Of a stretch of 64,000 bases of DNA, positions 61,911-64,000 are shown in pieces. The position numbers and the translations under genes are program-made. The stretch lies in contig OZ024742.1 in assembly GCA_964016885.1 (NCBI GenBank), forward strand, positions 145,948,001 through 146,012,000, written 5' to 3'. Source of the DNA: Eledone cirrhosa. Its lineage: Eukaryota. The first letter of the stretch is position 1, and every line of letters begins with the position of its first letter. A model generated the notes under the pieces. That model was not told the DNA's origin. It saw nothing but the letters and a program-made list of their open reading frames with translations, and made no database searches.

Positions 61911-63679
61911 GTTTTAAATGCCACTGGCTGAAAAACGAATGATAGTATGTAGATGACAACAACAAAAAGAAAGAAAGAAAGAAAAACGTATAAACAACAA
62001 CATCAATATTATGTTGAACATTAAACGCCTTCTTGGTTCAGGTATATCTCTCATTGGAACTTATATGTAAATGAAGAGCATTTAAGTTAAACTTACTGTC
62101 ACCTTCCTTTGCACACTCTTATATCAATGAGAAATGGGCGGGACAGCCACAAGCAGGTGTGTGTGTATCCCACGTACCTTAGGATCACTGAGCTCTCTCG
62201 CAGGGTAACAGCAACATTTAATGCATCTTACATGTGTCGTTCTTGTATTTTGTTTTTTTCAATGTTTTGAAGCAGGAGTTTGTTTACAGCAGCAGTTATC
62301 ATCAGCTCTGCGCAGCATTATTGTCGTTATTAGTATTATTATTGACATATATTGACATTATTACAGACCAATACCACCCTCCATCATTGCTGTTACTGCT
62401 GCTTGTGCGTGTTTTTATATTGTTGCATGTTATCAACTCTCGTGTAACGATAGTTCATATAGGCAGACGATAAGAAGGAGAAGAAGAGAGGATTTTCACA
62501 AAACAAAAAGGGTTAATTTAAAATTAAAAAAAAAAGCATATACATATTAGCTAGATAGAGGATTAAGAATAGAGAGAGAAAGAGAGAGTTGTATGGCAAT
62601 AGAGATGTTGATAGTTTCTATAGGAGGGGAAGGAGATGAGCAGTGACAGTAGTAGTGGTTGGCCAACCTCAACAGTGACGTCATGAGACAGAATGACAGT
62701 GTCAGTGAACCCTATAATTCTGTAGATCCTTTATTCTGTTCTTTAAATAAACAAGAACCTGCTAAACATTTAATTCATTCATCCGTTCTTCCGTTAGCCA
62801 GCCTGCTACCCACATTCTATCTACTCGGTTTTTGCCAAAACATTTCTGAAGAGAATATGTTTATATAAATAAAAGCTTGTTATCACTCAAAACATTGTTC
62901 GTATACTCGTATAACAGAAAACAGTAGTTTAAATGTAATTTGTGGAAAATCAAAATGTAATTAGAATTTTCATTCAATATGTGAATATTTAGACAAAATA
63001 CTAGTAACCTTCTATATAGAAGTGAAAGTTAATTCTGATGAAAATGACATTCATATTTAACGTGAAACGATGGGCCAGTATATGTTATTTTTTTAATTTC
63101 TTCCGTAAATAAGCTTTATATTTGCTGTTAATTACACATTTTTCGCTTTTGTTTTCACATTTTTTTTCATCCACTTCTTCAATTAATCAAAATATCCGGT
63201 ACATTGGATCGGCTGCTTTACTTTCATTTCTACATAGAAAGCTCAAAAGATTTTGCCAATATTTATTCTCATTCAATTAACGAAAAATGTTGTCAGTCGA
63301 GTAGACAATAACAATATTTTAGTTTAGTCGTGTTACAAACTAAACTACAGAGAAGAAAACATTGATTCGCGTATTTAAGTCAATTTGACTAGCTTGTCTT
63401 TATTTCATCACCACAGATCAACGCAGTCCTTGGGGAATATATATTTTCAAATTAGCCAAGTTAATACTTATTTATGTATTTATGTCAGTAATTATGTATG
63501 CATATCTATACATAGTGCATTGTTTAACATAAGCCATGAGAAATATGTATGCAAACACGTTTAAATATTAGTATATAAACAATTTATGTTTTTTAAAAAT
63601 CTATATAAAAAAGAAACAAAAAGATAATAAAAAGTGGGAGAAGATCAGCCCACTCAATCACACGCCTCAAATGGCGCAG

Positions 63680-63850
63680 TAGTTTCCCTCAATTAATTCT
63701 TAAGGAAAGTAAACATACTCGCAGCATTGCCACGGTTGATAGCGAGGCTAAGACGTTGAAATAACGAAGCACTCTAGTGGGCATCATTGGATACTTTGGT
63801 AAGGTGAGTCACCGACAAAAACCTCGTTGTCAGCGGCCCAGTTCCCCCAA
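63680..63850 (-). mobile_element. CRE-like non-LTR 3' fragment
   Basis: Reverse complement reads ASLFQRLSLAINRGNAASM, preceded by ggggaactgggccgctgacaacgagg. Confidence 0.6.
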
Positions 63851-64000
63851 ACACGTATTATTTACATATTTCTTTGTCCCTTGAAAAAGATGAATAGTTT
63901 AATTCGAGTTTCGCTGCTTGTTGGAATCACCATCAGAAGCTGCATACACAATGGTAGCTTATTTAATTGTATATTAAATCATGTAAGGGTGTGGCTGGTT

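Noticed and set aside
62845-63075. Additional CTGANGA motifs (62848, 63035; also about 61418 and 63905-63940 minus)
   Set aside because: GAAA, stem I or stem II are missing or unpaired; too degenerate to call hammerheads.

Overview
AT-rich, repeat-saturated eukaryotic (animal) DNA. The repeat set (RTE LINEs with (GAT)n tails, tRNA-derived CORE-like and Meta-like SINEs, very long (TA)n/(CA)n arrays) suggests a cephalopod such as Octopus; this is inferred, not shown. I cannot support any host protein-coding gene. Every long ORF is either transposon-derived or a microsatellite artefact. The window holds three distinct Penelope-like element (PLE) lineages (1-1870, 27034-28077, and a 2.15-kb palindromic Neptune-type insertion at 28095-30290 with further copies). 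It also holds several RTE LINE copies (one open for about 880 codons, with a PHD-type finger inside the RT), an R4/Dong-type REL element, CRE-like, CR1-like and mariner remnants, TTAA-bounded MITEs, a foldback MITE and several minisatellites. The most notable unannotated signal is a set of type I hammerhead ribozyme motifs found by eye in five different repeat contexts. Some lie in PLE pseudo-LTRs, others in 0.3-0.45 kb non-coding partial-tandem units that resemble retrozymes, and one has a non-canonical core. Two putative SINE/partner-LINE tail matches are also visible, one of them to the R4/Dong-type element. Repeat boundaries are approximate and were read by eye.
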